A stretch of DNA of 63,738 bases, counting the filler, from Intoshia linei (lineage: Eukaryota > Animalia > Orthonectida), in the NCBI GenBank assembly GCA_001642005.1. It is 6 parts of 6 records of this genome, joined end to end, with 100 filler letters (N's around TTAATTAATTAA, not from the genome) between each part and the next. Parts side by side here need not be neighbours in the genome. Positions count along the whole stretch, not along the records: positions 37,045 to 56,811 come from LWCA01000718.1; positions 56,912 to 60,960 come from LWCA01001998.1; positions 61,061 to 62,230 come from LWCA01002750.1; positions 62,331 to 63,738 come from LWCA01002634.1; 2 more parts are not named here. One strand, given 5' to 3'. The position numbers were made by a program, and so were the translations under genes. Below, one piece after another: positions 51,181 to 63,738 of this stretch; the stretch's first letter is position 1; each line of letters opens with the position of its first letter. The notes beneath the pieces were generated by a model. That model was not told where the DNA came from. It saw nothing but the letters and a program-made list of their open reading frames with translations, and searched no databases.

Positions 51181-54100
51181 ATGTGGTATTTTTATCTATT
51201 GTTATATTTACCGATTTTATTGTCGCACGATTGTCCAATTCGAATCAACAATTGTTACTGTACATCAAATCATGAAAGCCTCATATCAATATATTGTGAT
51301 AACATTTATTCAGCGTCCAATATACCCCCTTTTAAATATTCAGACTATGTTTACGACACTTTAAAATTTAGTAGAAATACCAACATATCTCATATACAAA
51401 GTCATGCTTTTCATGGATTGAAGGTATTATATCGCCATTATAATGATTAAAATAGTTATATAGATAAAAAGACTGGATTTATCAAATATAAGATTACAAG
51501 AAATACATGAAAACGCATTTGCAGGTCTTGAAGATTGTTTATTGGCATTAAATTTGAGGAAAAATTTAATATCCAGTTTGCCTCCCAATGTTTTCAATGG
51601 TATGCATAATTTAGTCCTTCTTGATTTGTCCGAAAATAAACTAACACAATTTGAACCCTCAATTTTTAGAGATTTACAACAATTGATTTATCTCAACGTA
51701 AGTATAAATTCAATTAACACAATATTTGAAAATACCATGTCACCTTTGGAAAGTTTACAAATAATATCTTTGTCTCATAATGCAATAACAAATGTTCAAT
51801 CCTCCTTTTTATCAAATATGTATATGCTCAAATGGATAGATCTGTCTTCAAATATAATTTCCGAAATTCACTCAAAAGCGTTTTACCAGTCCGATGCCTT
51901 ACGATATATAAATCTAAGTAACAACAGTATCAGTGAACTTCACCATAATTTGTTTGCATATATACCATCCCTCAACCAATTCAACGTGTCTAACAACAAT
52001 TTGGATACTTTGCCTTCTTCATTATTCCGAAATACAAATTATCTCCAAATCTTGGATCTTTCTTCAAACAAATTTAGTTATATACCAAACAAATTGTTTG
52101 ATTATTGCAAAAACTTGTTTCATTTGGTTTTAAGTAACAATTCTTTTCAAAATCTAAGCTTTGTAAGGAATAATGAACTATCAAATTTAAGAATATTGGA
52201 AGTAAACAACAATGAAATAACAAATATAGAATTTTTGGATATTAATCATTTGACACGACTTGAAATAATTTCATTTGCTCATAATCAAATATTTGAGTTA
52301 ATAGATGGAATATTTGGAAATCTACCCCATCTACATGAATTAATATTAGCAAATAATCGTTTTACCAGCTTTAAAGGTACTAGTTTTTGGGGGATGGAAC
52401 ATCTTCAATTATTGGATTTAAGTTACAACAACATAATTCTGTATCCTACTTTATTTGTACCTTTAAAGAGTTTAAAATGGCTTCGAATTTCAAGTAACAT
52501 TATATAAATACTTTTTATTATACTATTAAATAATTTAGATTGTGGTTTAAGATCATTAAATAGCAATTATTTTGTTTATCTGAGTAAATTGCAAGGTTTA
52601 GATGTCAGTGGAAATAATTTGCAGTATATTCAAAACAACGTATTTTATACGCTACCTAGACTTACACATGTTTCATTATCCAATTGTAATTTGACCAATG
52701 TGAACCTTTTATCATTCGAACCATTTCATTATTTGAAGGTTTTGGATTTATCTCACAACAATCTTACAACAATAGGTGCCAAAGTTTTTTCAAAAATGCA
52801 TGATTTGGAATATATTTTCTTGGATCATAATCTTATAGAATATATTGCACCACGTTCATTCATCCATCTTAGTCACATTATTATGCTTGATCTGTCAAAC
52901 AATAATATTACTCTGCTCGATGATATTCTATTTTCTGGTTTAACCTCAGTAACCCATTTGAATCTCAAAAATAACAACATAGGTTGAATTATATTCATTA
53001 CGTTAAAGCTTTTCAAATGTATCGCATATATTAATGATATAGTGGTGTTACTATTCAATGAAAAATAGGGATAAGAACATATCATAATGTGAACCGTACC
53101 TTAAAATTGGTAAACTTCTCTAAATTTCTTACTTAATACATTTTTAAATCATTGATTTATCCGTTTATATCTAACAATGGAAACAGAATTATTTCTTACT
53201 ATATTATTTTTTGACTAGACAGGAGTTATAATAATAATTAATAATAAACATTAAGGGTGTGAATTTTAGTAGCTTTTTTGGAAATTTTATGGTGCAGGAA
53301 CGGATAAAGTATGACAGTTTTATGGCTACACTGAAAAAAAATGATTTTGGAGAATTTTTTTGCGGAGACGCTGCCCTTTTAAAAATTTGATACAAAAACT
53401 AAAATATAACTTTATTTACTGTAATTTATGATGAGATACTGTAGCTATGTTTTGAGTCGTTTTGTGTTGATCTTCATGTTTGGTTGACATCTTTAAATTC
53501 TATTCTACCTCATTTATTTTAATCAATGAAAATAATAATTTTTATATGATTATATGATATGATCATATTATAATAGATAAATAAAAAAAAATAAATAATA
53601 GTAAATATCTTAATGGTTTGAAAATTTCATTTGGAAGAGTAAGAAGAGAGAGAATATTCATTAATTATCCATATTTTTTAAATCGATATATAAAAGGAGT
53701 TTCATAATGCGCTTTTTTTTATTTTTTAAGTGTTATCTTTATAATATATAGATAACATCTAAAATTTAAATGATTTTTAATTCACATTTGAAAAGTTCTG
53801 CGTTATCTGGCTTAATCATATTTTATTATTTATTTTATAGCAAATATTAGATCTGCAACATTTCAACATAATCACCACTTAGAGTTTGTAGATTTGAACA
53901 ATAACAATCTTGTTACGTTTTCCCCTTACATTTTTGTCAGTCATAATCATTTACATTGTATAAATATTGCAAATAATCCATTTATATGTGATTGTAATCT
54001 TCAATGGATGTTAAAAGAAAATTATTTCAGTGATGTAACTCAAATTGGTTGTGTTAATGAAGACAAGCCAGGTTCGTTTCAACTAAGAACTGTTTAATAA

Positions 54101-56811
54101 TCAGTAATTATAATTACTGAGTCGGTGAAATCACTAATATTTATTATAATTTTATAAAACATTTTATTTAGAATATTTGGGATGTTATATAGTTAATTCA
54201 AATTGTTATCGGAAAAAAAATTACATACACAATGATAAGCATAATGACTTTCATCATCATCACAATAATATTAACTATCGAATGTTCTGCAAAGATAATA
54301 CACAAGGTTAATATTTAGTATATATATTATTTAATAATAATAGTAGAATAAAACAGTCTTTCCCAATGTGAGATTTAGTTTTTTTAATAGGCTACCAGAA
54401 TGTTTTAAAAAAATCAATAGATAGATTTTTTACATAGTGGTATATAATTATATATACTAGTGTAGTATAGTTTTTACTAGGGCTTGGAAATAATTGATTG
54501 CAATCAATTATTTTATATACAACAATTAATTGTTTGCTAAATATTAATTTTTCAATTGATTGATTTATATAAAATAACTAGGTTGACTGTTATGTACTAC
54601 GTATAAACAGGACCTAGCTTTGCCAAGGGCACATTTTTATTATACTTAAAAAATAAATTTATGTTGAAAATCTAACTTAAAAATCCTACTATTCACGATT
54701 ATCAATCCTTTAAAAGAGTGTTTCCCAAACTTGTTTCAGGTGGAACCGTCATATCACATTACTTTTTACTTTATTTGTAAAATTATTCCATCTTAATTTT
54801 GTTTTGCTAACATTTGAGTAAAGAATTATAAAAACAATTTTTATCCCATTTTTTTAATTTATTAGACAGAATGTGTGTATAATATTAAAAATAAAGTAAA
54901 AACAGTCCAATCCTAAAAATTGTCATAAATAGCATAAATTCCAAAAAAATAAAATTAGTCCATTCCTAAAAATGGTCATAAATAGCATAAATTCCAGAAA
55001 AAAGAAAATTATAAAAACCTATTTTGTCATTTTTAATGTGATGATATATTCAGTACCAATTTAATAAATGCTTAAAAATACCAATTATGTATCAATAATT
55101 AATTGTTTTTTTTACCAATACGATGGAATCCGCTTATAAGAGACGTCCGGACATAAGGGACAAAAAACTAGGAACGGAATCAAACGCTTGTTTTGTATAT
55201 AAATCACAGACGGATATAATGGAAAAAAATCCGCTTATAGTGGACAGGTCAAAACAAAGTGTTTTGAAAATGAATTTAATAATAATGCTTGGATGAAAAA
55301 ATAAATTTTTAAACAAACAATTAATTGATTTTATTTTCAATAATTTTTATCAATTAATTCCAATCCCTAGTCCTTAGTATGGATGTTATAATTGTTTAGT
55401 TTTCAGTGGACAATGTCCATTGTTTTACTCCAATGATGGTTAGTTGTGGACAGGCCCAATGATTCATTAATATTTTATTTACTACTTTAAATAATTATAA
55501 TACTTATAAATATATATACATATTTATTATTGTACATTATATAATTATAATATGCATAATTAATCCGTTTTCACGATGTTTGTCTATTAGCTAAGAAATA
55601 AATCGTTCATATATAATATTTGACTAGAAATGAAGGATTTGATTAAATTCTACAGAAACATTTTATTATATTGTCATTCATTTCGATGTAAAGGAAACAT
55701 AGCCTATGTTTCCTATGCTACATAGGTCATAAAAATTATAATTAAAAATAGAAAAAATGATTTACATACATGTAATACCATAATTTAAATATAAAATATT
55801 CTCAAAGGATTATTAATCATTGTCTCCAGTCTTTGAGGGCGAGCTAGGCTTTATAATTTTAATTCTTCATACTTTAAATCGAAATTAAATACGTTATATC
55901 GAATATAATTTAATTTACTTACTTGCATTAATTAATTTTTCACATTTGCAATTATTTTATGACGAGGCCTGGTTGTGGATACCGACTCTTCATTAAATAA
56001 ATATTTACATTGAATTAATAAAAAAACGTATTTTTTTTTTTTTTTTTTTTTTTAANNNNNNNNNNNTTTTTTTTTTTTTTTTTTTTTTCTAAAATTTCAT
56101 ACAATACGTTCCACTACAATGTAGCTAAAAATTTTTATAATTATAAATATAAAACAATTTAGATTCTTCAACGATGATAACTGAAATACCAGTAGATACA
56201 ACCATAATGTCACAATCCACACAACAACCTTGGGTAACTGATCTATGGATACCTGATACCACGCAACCACCGTGGGTCACTGATCCATGGCCACAAGATA
56301 CAACACAACCACCTTTGGTAACTTATCCATGGCCACAATACACAACACCAACACCGTGGAATCCTGATCCATGGCCACAAGATACAACACAACCACCGTG
56401 GGTCACTGATCGATGGCCACAAGATACAACACAACCACCTTGGGTCACTGATCGATGGCCACAAGATACAACAAAACCACCGTGGAATCCTGATCCATGG
56501 CCACAAGATACGACACAACCACCTTGGGTCACTGATCCATGGATACCTGATACCACGCCACCACCGTGGGTTACTGATCGATGGCCACAAGATACAACAA
56601 AACCACCGTGGAATCCTGATCCATGGCCACAAGATACAACACCTACACCGATGAATCCTGATCCATGGCCACAAGACACAACACCAGCACCGTGGAATCC
56701 TGATCCATGGCCACAAGACACAACACCAGCACCGTGGAGTCCTGATCCATGGCCACCAGACACAACACCAGCACCGTGGAATCCTGATCCATGGCCACAA
56801 GACACAACACC
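51181..56811 (+). CDS. Secreted or cell-surface leucine-rich-repeat protein (LRRNT, >20 LRRs, LRRCT) with a Pro/Thr/Trp repeat stalk; 3' end lost in a gap
   Basis: Signal peptide, 'CPIRINNCYC', many LxxLxLxxNxL repeats (exons 51181-51423, 51464-~52494, 52540-52982, 53841-54071) and 'ANNPFICDCNLQWM'. Exons ~54172-54306 and 56163 onward join with matching phase 1. Confidence 0.85.
54478..55369. mobile_element. TIR element (hAT-Ac-like ends) with a nested minus-strand Helitron 3' part (54579-~55110)
   Basis: Ends tagggcttggaaataattgat / atcaattaattccaatcccta. 'a|ctaggttgactgttatgtactacg' at 54579. TSD is degenerate. Confidence 0.6.
56219..56811 (+). repeat. Coding minisatellite, 36-bp / 12-aa unit (WPQDTTQPPWVTDP / NPDP variants), at least 16 units
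   Basis: Repeats of tgatccatggccacaagatacaacacaaccaccgtgg are directly visible. Confidence 0.95.
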
Positions 56812-56911
56812 NNNNNNNNNNNNNNNNNNNNNNNNNNNNNNNNNNNNNNNNNNNNTTAATTAATTAANNNNNNNNNNNNNNNNNNNNNNNNNNNNNNNNN
56901 NNNNNNNNNNN

Positions 56912-57991
56912 AAACCACAAATTACTTTTCTTTTTTTAATGAAAACAGCCCTAGAATTTCAAAAAATTTCAATCCAAATAAATGACGACTTCACGGTCAA
57001 AAAAGCATTTTAATATTCATTTATTTTTTTTTTGGAAATATTTTATTAAAACAAAAAATGTAAAATAATTAAAAGTCCGAAAATTAAAAAAAAGAATTAT
57101 TCTGATAGAGCTTATTCCAGTTGATATAAATACAAAATTTCAACCCCAGAAATCTACGCATTTGGGGTGAAAAGTAATTTTTAATATATTATCAACCAAT
57201 ATTTTTCAAATATTTTGATTAAAATTGAAAATGTAAATATGAAATGATCCTACAATTTCAAAAAAAATGATCATTGTACGTCTACACATTTTCAATAAAG
57301 ACATATGGGTGAAAATCTATATAATTCATTCCTTCGAAATTTTTTTCATTGCTACGCAATTTTTAATTTTCAAATTTTCATTTTTAAAACATTTTTATGA
57401 AAACATTTAAATTTAAATAAGAAACTAAACAACGAAACTAAAAAAACTTTGTTAATATCATTTTTATATTACAATCCTTTGCAATAATGGTAAAATTCGA
57501 CTGAAATGTTTATAAGTTGAAGATTCAGTTAATTATTGATACACAATTGGTATTTTTTAAGTATGTATTAAATTGGTACTGAATATACGTCACCACATTC
57601 AAAATGACAAAATAGGTTTTTATAATTTTATTTTTTCTGGAATTTATGCTATTTTGACAAAATTTTTAATGACTGTTTTTACTTTATTTTAATATTATAC
57701 ACACATTTTGTCAAATAAATTACAAAAATGGGATAACAATTGTTTTTACAATTCTTTACGCAAATGTTAACAAACAATAAATTAATACGGAATAATTAAC
57801 TTTAAAGTAAATAGTAATGTGATATAATGGTTCAACCTGAAACAAATTGGGGAACCACTTCTTTAAAGGATTGATAATAGTGAATAGTAGGATTTTAAGT
57901 TAGATTTTCAATTTATTTTTTTGGTATAATAAAATTGTGCCCTCGGCAGAGCTAGATGCTGTTTGTACGTAGTATATAACAGTCAAGCTAG
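56912..57991 (+). mobile_element. Helitron, long subfamily (extra ~550-bp segment), 3' end intact
   Basis: Collinear with 15600-16110, then an extra segment shared with 54630-55110 and 61250-61620. Ends 'aacagtcaagCTAG|T'. Confidence 0.8.
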
Positions 57992-58311
57992 TTTCATTTA
58001 TAATCAGCTTTGGTTTGGTTGGTAAGGTTGTATTTCCTTTGTGGTTTGCCATGATTTGTGGACCATTTTGTTTTTTTTAATTCATTTCTAGCTTATTTCT
58101 TTTGGTTTTTACGAAATTTATTTTGAGTTTATAATAAATTTTATTTTTTTTTGGGATTAATTATGAGGAATTCAAACATCATAAATGCTTAAAATCAAAA
58201 AGGCGGTACCCATGTTCAAAATGGGTTTTTTAATTAAAAGTGGAAACCCTATTATACACAGTTCATTATGTCGCATGGAAGTCAGTTAAAAACTTATTAT
58301 TTAATATTTAG

Positions 58312-59386
58312 AAATGTCTAAATTCTTTATTAAATTTAATAAAAGTTTTGTGTGGCAATGATGAATTGAAAGATGAATACATGTCTTTGAATTTATCTAA
58401 GTTGATTCGCGATGCAATGGAAATGCATAGTCATAATGCACACATTTTGACTTATATCACTGCTCTGATAGCGATGGTTTCTCTTCGAAATTCAAAATAT
58501 GTGAATGAACTGATTGCTTATAATATTGACAAATTATGTTTGAACGCTATTACTCAACATTCAAATGAAAAACTTTATGTAATTTTTTTTATAAAAATTA
58601 TTTGTCACTTATCTTTTTGAAAAATAATTGGGACTACAAAAAAATTAATGTACCTGACAAAATATATTAAGTGAATCAAAAGTTAGGAAACTCAATTAAG
58701 AATGCTATGCATTTGAATTTAAATCAATAACATTTTCTCGTTGACTTGCAAAATATGTGGATATTTATTATGACCTTCAAGGTTTAGGTATATAGCTAAA
58801 GTATAAACGAAAATATTGCTCTTTACTTGTGTAGATTGCACATATTTGGTTTAAATCAGATTTTCTCAATAGATGGCAGAATTTTAATATATTATTTTTG
58901 TTTATATATCAAGTTATAATAACGCTTTCATTTACTAGTCTAGATCATAAATCCAAAATATATTGACATTGAGGCCGGTATTTTTATAATTCTTTTACTA
59001 GAAATTTTCTTTAAATTTGGATCAGATATCAACTGTAGTTTCAAGTTCTTTGTGTTTCACAGTCATGCAAAAAAATATTTAATATTTTTAAATTTATATA
59101 GAATCACCGTTTTCGAGGGAAATATCTAGTGATAATTAATACAATTTAAAATGGAAATATTTATTAGAGGATTGAATAAATGTAATGAATTATTCATTAT
59201 TTTTAGGTTAATGCATGCTATTCATTAAGGAACATTGTATCAAGGAATAAAGAATATATTGCCCGAATTCAGGCATTTGATGCAGAATCAATTTTGTCAC
59301 CATTGTTAAATAACCCAAGTAAGGATATTACAGATGCAGCATCAGCGGCGTTGAGAGATTTGAATTTAAATTATAAAAAAATTTAA
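58312..59386 (+). CDS. ARMC6: Armadillo repeat-containing protein 6, last two exons
   Basis: 'IKVLCGNDELKD...AMEMHS...IAMVSLRNSK' (58312-~58578) and 'VNACYSLRNIVSRNKE...DAASAALRDLNLNYKKI*' (59208-59386) match the ARMC6 motifs GNDDVK, RNLVAR and AKAALRDL. Confidence 0.82.
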
Positions 59387-59516
59387 TATAAATAAAAATT
59401 TTGTATATATTTTACAGTATTCGGAAATTTCAATTCTTTTTTCTATTAATTTTAAATATATTTTATTTTGTTATAGATAAACCTGTCGCATTATCACATG
59501 TTTCAATTAATGTTAT

Positions 59517-59933
59517 TCAGCGCCTAATCGGTCGCGATAAAGTTTTAATCAGTGTCTTGCTAAAATACAGTTTGAAAAATATTTTCTTCTCTTCTTTAAT
59601 ATATTCATCTTTGTTTGAAGCTGAACTCGTTACTTTTTTTTTCTTTTTAAATTTAAAAAACTGGTTTCTCTTTTTTTTTTCAATTTGGCATTTTGATATT
59701 TCATTCATCAATTTATCTAATATTGAATTTTGAACAATTTCATTTAATGATTCATTCGATGGTAGAGATATTAAAGTGTAATATACCTTTTTTCTATGTA
59801 ACATTAAGAAACGTTTGTTTGTATAGGTATTTCATTTCATTTGTTTACATGGCAAAATTGAATTGAATAAACCATGTGTGATACTTTTATACTCCCTACT
59901 TATCCTTGAATTCTTGTTCCATTGTTTTGTCAT
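59517..59933 (-). CDS. Possible small Lys-rich orphan gene
   Basis: ORF 59517-59804 plus a short ATG-initiated upstream segment at 59933. No recognisable motif, and the splice phase is unresolved. Confidence 0.25.
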
Positions 59934-60674
59934 ACATTAATAATAAATAGATTTTAATTATAAGCCTAGAAATTTTTTATCTAAAATCGGGTGTCAAGTG
60001 CTTTTTTCCTACTGTCAGTGTTAATTTAAATAATAAATGTACTAAAAGGCCACATTCCAATAATTTGGAATTGATAAGGCCGCAATGAGATAAAAAAATA
60101 TAATCATATACATGTAGATAGATATTTGCAATTTTTAAAATTGATTATAAATACAAAATTTCTTAAGCTGTTAAATAATATAGATAGAGACGAAAACCAA
60201 TTCAATTAATGAAACTAAAGATTATACGGTTAGTTTTAATGGTCGATAAAAATGTTCTTAAAATTATTACAAAATTAAATATATTTTAATGAGTTTTTTG
60301 ACATGTTTTTCTCAAAGAATATAGAAGATTTGAAATCGTAGATTCGACTTGATAAACATAAAATGTCATTTTTAAAGTTAAGAATTAAAAATTTATTTTA
60401 GTCTAAATTGAAAATGTAAATTAATTCAAAAATAATGAATATGACATTTGTATGTGAAGGCCGAACCAAATCGTCCATAAGGCCGCCCGTTCCCCTTCAT
60501 AATGTACGAGTAATATTTATTTATAATTAAAATATTGATGTTTCAAATTATATCCAGGAAAAATTATAATTGTAACATTAACCATAATTAATTATAATGT
60601 TATAATTATAATATAATAAGACACCTGGGATCGAAAAAATGTTCTATAAAATTAGAGTAATATTATTTATTGTA

Positions 60675-60760
60675 CAGTGCCAGATATAAGTCTTAGGCAC
60701 CCCAATTGTAATTAATCTAAACATTTCTGGTTCATGAATTTAAACTTTTTCTTATATCAT
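60675..60760 (+). mobile_element. Isolated terminus of the 13598 Tc1 family
   Basis: TA|cagtgccagatataagtcttaggcaccccaattgtaatta...ctggttcatga. Confidence 0.85.
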
Positions 60761-60811
60761 ATCAATACCCAAACGGTATCACATCAACGGGTCACAAAAC
60801 GGTATTATTTA

Positions 60812-60960
60812 ATGTTCTAACAAAATTAGAAAATTCTGGTTTAACATTGAAACCAAAAAAATGTCACATTGGAAAAAGTCAAGTTAAAATTTTAGGATAC
60901 TTCATAAGTAAAGATGGTTTGCAAGCTGATCCTGACAAAGTAAACACAATACAGTCATTA
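60812..60960 (+). mobile_element. Gypsy RT C-terminal fragment
   Basis: 'VLTKLENSGLTLKPKKCHIGKSQVKILGYFISKDGLQADPDKVNTIQSL'. Confidence 0.85.
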
Positions 60961-61060
60961 NNNNNNNNNNNNNNNNNNNNNNNNNNNNNNNNNNNNNNNN
61001 NNNNTTAATTAATTAANNNNNNNNNNNNNNNNNNNNNNNNNNNNNNNNNNNNNNNNNNNN

Positions 61061-61621
61061 AAAAAAAAAAAAATTTGAAATAATTAACTGATACAGCTTA
61101 CTCCAGTGATATAAATACAAATTTTTAATTCCAGAAATCTACCCATTACCGGTAAAAAATAATTTTCAATCAATATTTTTCAAATGTTGGATTAATATTT
61201 AAAATGTTAAAATTTTTTATCTTATATTATTTTTTATTTGTTATTGAAAGCAGATACTGAATATACAGTTGATTATACTGTATATTATCACATTGAAAAT
61301 AACTAAATAGGTTTGGAAATTTTATTTTTTTTGGAATTTGTGCTATTTATGATAATTTTTAAAATTGTTACAACACATTCTGTCTAATAAATTACAAAAA
61401 TGATATAAAATTGTTTTTAAATTCTTTACACAAATGTTAACAACAAAATTAAGACGGAATAATTCCCTTTATAGTAAAAGGTAATATGATATGACGGTTC
61501 CACGCGAAATAAGTTTGGGAACCACTTTTGTAAATGATTGATAATAATTAATAGCAGCAAGTTAAGTTAGATTTTTAACTTGAATTTATTTTTTGGTAGA
61601 ATTAAAATGTGCCCTCGGCAG
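61061..61621 (+). mobile_element. Helitron long-subfamily fragment, truncated just before the 3' hairpin
   Basis: Matches 57090-57948 with deletions and ends at 'tgccctcggcag'. Confidence 0.7.
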
Positions 61622-62060
61622 AATTTCAAAAACAGTCGATAAATGAAAATATGATCCGACTCAGAATCAGAAGCAACGAGAATATCATCCATGTATACAT
61701 ATACGAATGGCAAATCAAAAAATAATGAGTCCATTAAACGCTGACAATATGCCGGTTCAACAAGGTTCAATAATGTCAAGTTTTAATAACTTCGTAATTT
61801 CTTTCTTTATTTCAGACTGATCAGAATAAGGCACTCTCCAGATACCAGATTTCCAAGGATGTGACTCTTCTATTAAATCTATAGAACACAAGGCTGACCT
61901 AGATTTCCCTGGAATGTTGCTAAAAATTTCTTGATAAAAAAGAAGTAACGGATTTAGAAATTTAGCTGCAGAACCCCAATTCGACGATTTATTTTCAGAA
62001 TTGGAATAATTAGTTTCCGTAAAATATTGGTCATTCAGATCAGAAACTATATCTGCCAAT
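61622..62060 (-). mobile_element. Gypsy pol fragment, internally deleted RT
   Basis: 'CSIDLIEESHPWKSGIWRVPYSDQSEIKKEITKLLKLDIIEP' joined to 'PAYCQRLMDSLFFDLPFVYVYMDDILVAS'. Confidence 0.85.
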
Positions 62061-62330
62061 GCTAATATGACGGGTTTACGTATACACGGTTCAATACGGT
62101 CAATTTATTAATTTGGCATAATTACAAAATAATTAATTTTTATTAATTAATTATTTTGTAATTATGCCAAAAAAAGTTATAATTGTAAAGAGAGTTTATT
62201 GATTTTTACAAACATTTGGAAAATCATAGTNNNNNNNNNNNNNNNNNNNNNNNNNNNNNNNNNNNNNNNNNNNNTTAATTAATTAANNNNNNNNNNNNNN
62301 NNNNNNNNNNNNNNNNNNNNNNNNNNNNNN

Positions 62331-62990
62331 TAGTGATACATTTTTTTAAATAAATTGGCATTTAACCCAACTGATCTCCATATTTTTTTGGTGGTGCTCG
62401 ATATATTAGCATCTGACACGATTGAAACTACAATGTTTTCGATCGGAATTTGCAACTTTTTGGTAATAAATTCATTTGCCATTAAAATTGATACTTCCTA
62501 AAGGAGGTTTATTTTAAAGTAATAGATTTATTGTACTTGATAAGTATCATGAAAAATCTTTGTTATAACAGAGTTATGGTGTTAAAATTAAACAAAAATC
62601 CAATAGTTTTTTTTAGATTTTTTTATTACCTCACTGTAGTTATTGTTAAATGACCAAGCTCCCATCATTTCAAAAAATGAATGTTGTCCAAAATGTGACA
62701 CAATTTTTTTAACATCGGTCAATCTGATACATTTTTGATAGTTATGTATACGATTACTCGGTAAAATTGATGTTTTTTTTGATAGTATGACACTTTTAAA
62801 CTAAAAATAATCGTTAAATCAAGGAAATGTCGGATGCATTAAATTAGCTATATACTTGATTTATTCCGGCATTGACAAATAAAGTGCCATCCGCATCTGA
62901 AGCCACACATGAAGAAGAAGGGTAATAAGTGTGATTTTTCGATTTATAAAAATTTAAAAATGTGTTACGAACATGACAAGATTTGATCAT
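62331..62990 (-). CDS. AARS2: Alanine-tRNA ligase N-terminal catalytic region, divergent and probably mitochondrial; continues into a gap
   Basis: Exons 'VRNTFLNFYKSKNHTYYPSSSCVASDADGTLFVNAGINQ', 'FKSVIL...HNYQKCIRLTDVKKIVSHFGQHSFFEMMGAWSF' and 'EVSILMANEFITKKLQIPIENIVVSI...TKKIWRSVGL', with phase-0 GT-AG introns. The true start may lie further upstream. Confidence 0.8.
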
Positions 62991-63469
62991 GTTTAAATTT
63001 AGACTAACTTTATCGGTTTTATATAGACATTTTCCTACAATTGAAAATTACTTTTCTCAACCAATTCATGGGTTAAATCAGTTGAGTTCATATATTTAAA
63101 AATAATATATTATTATATATTTTGCTTTTTATACCTTATTAATATCAGCATATTTCTCTTACACATTACATATTTTCTCATTTGAATATATCAGGCACCA
63201 GAGCAATTATCTAACTTTTTGATTAAGTTTTCATTTCTTTTACATTTAAACTGTATAATTTTTTTATTTTCATTGGGACAAAGATTCTTCATTCGAGTAT
63301 ACTTTATTTTGAATAATTTCATTGGATACCATTTAATGACATGCATAAATTGTTAGTTTCGGGGTAATTTTCGAAAAAGGTTTGAACATCTGTTCATGAG
63401 ACATCTTTATTTTAAAAGAAATCGATTTGAAGTAAACAATTAACCAATACTTTCGAATTGTTTTCTTTA

Positions 63470-63738
63470 TTAATTAAGATATGAATAATCAGTTCCGATT
63501 TTGATCTTATAGGAATTGTATGAATTTCCTCTTTCAATTGTGCTTACACATTTTCGATTGGGTTCATATCTGGGGAATTTCCGGGCCATTCAAGAACGGC
63601 AATCCCTTTATTTTGAAAATATGAAGTTACAGATTTGGCTTTGTGACATGGAGCGGAATCATGTCGAAATATATACTTCTGATTAATGTGCCGTTGTGTC
63701 ATTTCATCAAAAAAATTGTTTAATACATTTTTATAGGT
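63470..63738 (-). mobile_element. Tc1 DD34E transposase fragment
   Basis: 'YIFRHDSAPCHKAKSVTSYFQNKGIAVLEWPGNSPDMNPIENV*'. Confidence 0.88.

Noticed and set aside
56243-56805. Antisense ORFs encoding Cys/Trp/Arg-rich and Gly/His-rich repeat peptides
   Set aside because: These are shadows of the 36-bp coding repeat. The plus frame has a splice acceptor in phase with the LRR gene, and the minus frames have no independent support.
56219-56811. 36-bp periodicity resembling a CRISPR array
   Set aside because: The units are contiguous with no unique spacers, they keep the reading frame, the context is eukaryotic and there are no cas genes.

Overview
Very AT-rich eukaryotic (metazoan) scaffold with compact genes, many 35-45 bp introns and a few long introns filled with transposable elements (TEs). 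The architecture resembles a reduced parasite genome such as the orthonectid Intoshia (inference only). Five gaps of about 100 nt carry an artificial TTAATTAATTAA linker. Spliced host genes read by hand: RGS22-like (+), PPIL4 (-), PGM2 (+), SoxB1 (+), MPDU1 (-), calcium channel alpha2delta (-), an orphan type-I membrane protein (+), an LRR protein with a Trp/Pro/Thr repeat (+), the 3' part of ARMC6 (+) and the 5' part of a divergent alanyl-tRNA synthetase (-). Mobile DNA includes several Tc1/mariner elements (DD34E, DD35E and a rosa/maT-type deletion derivative), pogo and hAT MITEs with clear target-site duplications (TSDs), an abundant non-autonomous Helitron family and Gypsy remnants. The top leads are: (1) a Gypsy element whose integrase is followed by two PHD fingers, the first of the H3K4me3-reader type, in the position where chromoviruses carry a chromodomain; (2) a 192-bp solo-LTR-like insertion with a perfect 5-bp TSD and an internal tRNA-like Pol III promoter; (3) RGS22 and PPIL4 stop codons only 7 bp apart. 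Exon boundaries are hand-derived and approximate, and no database searches were run.
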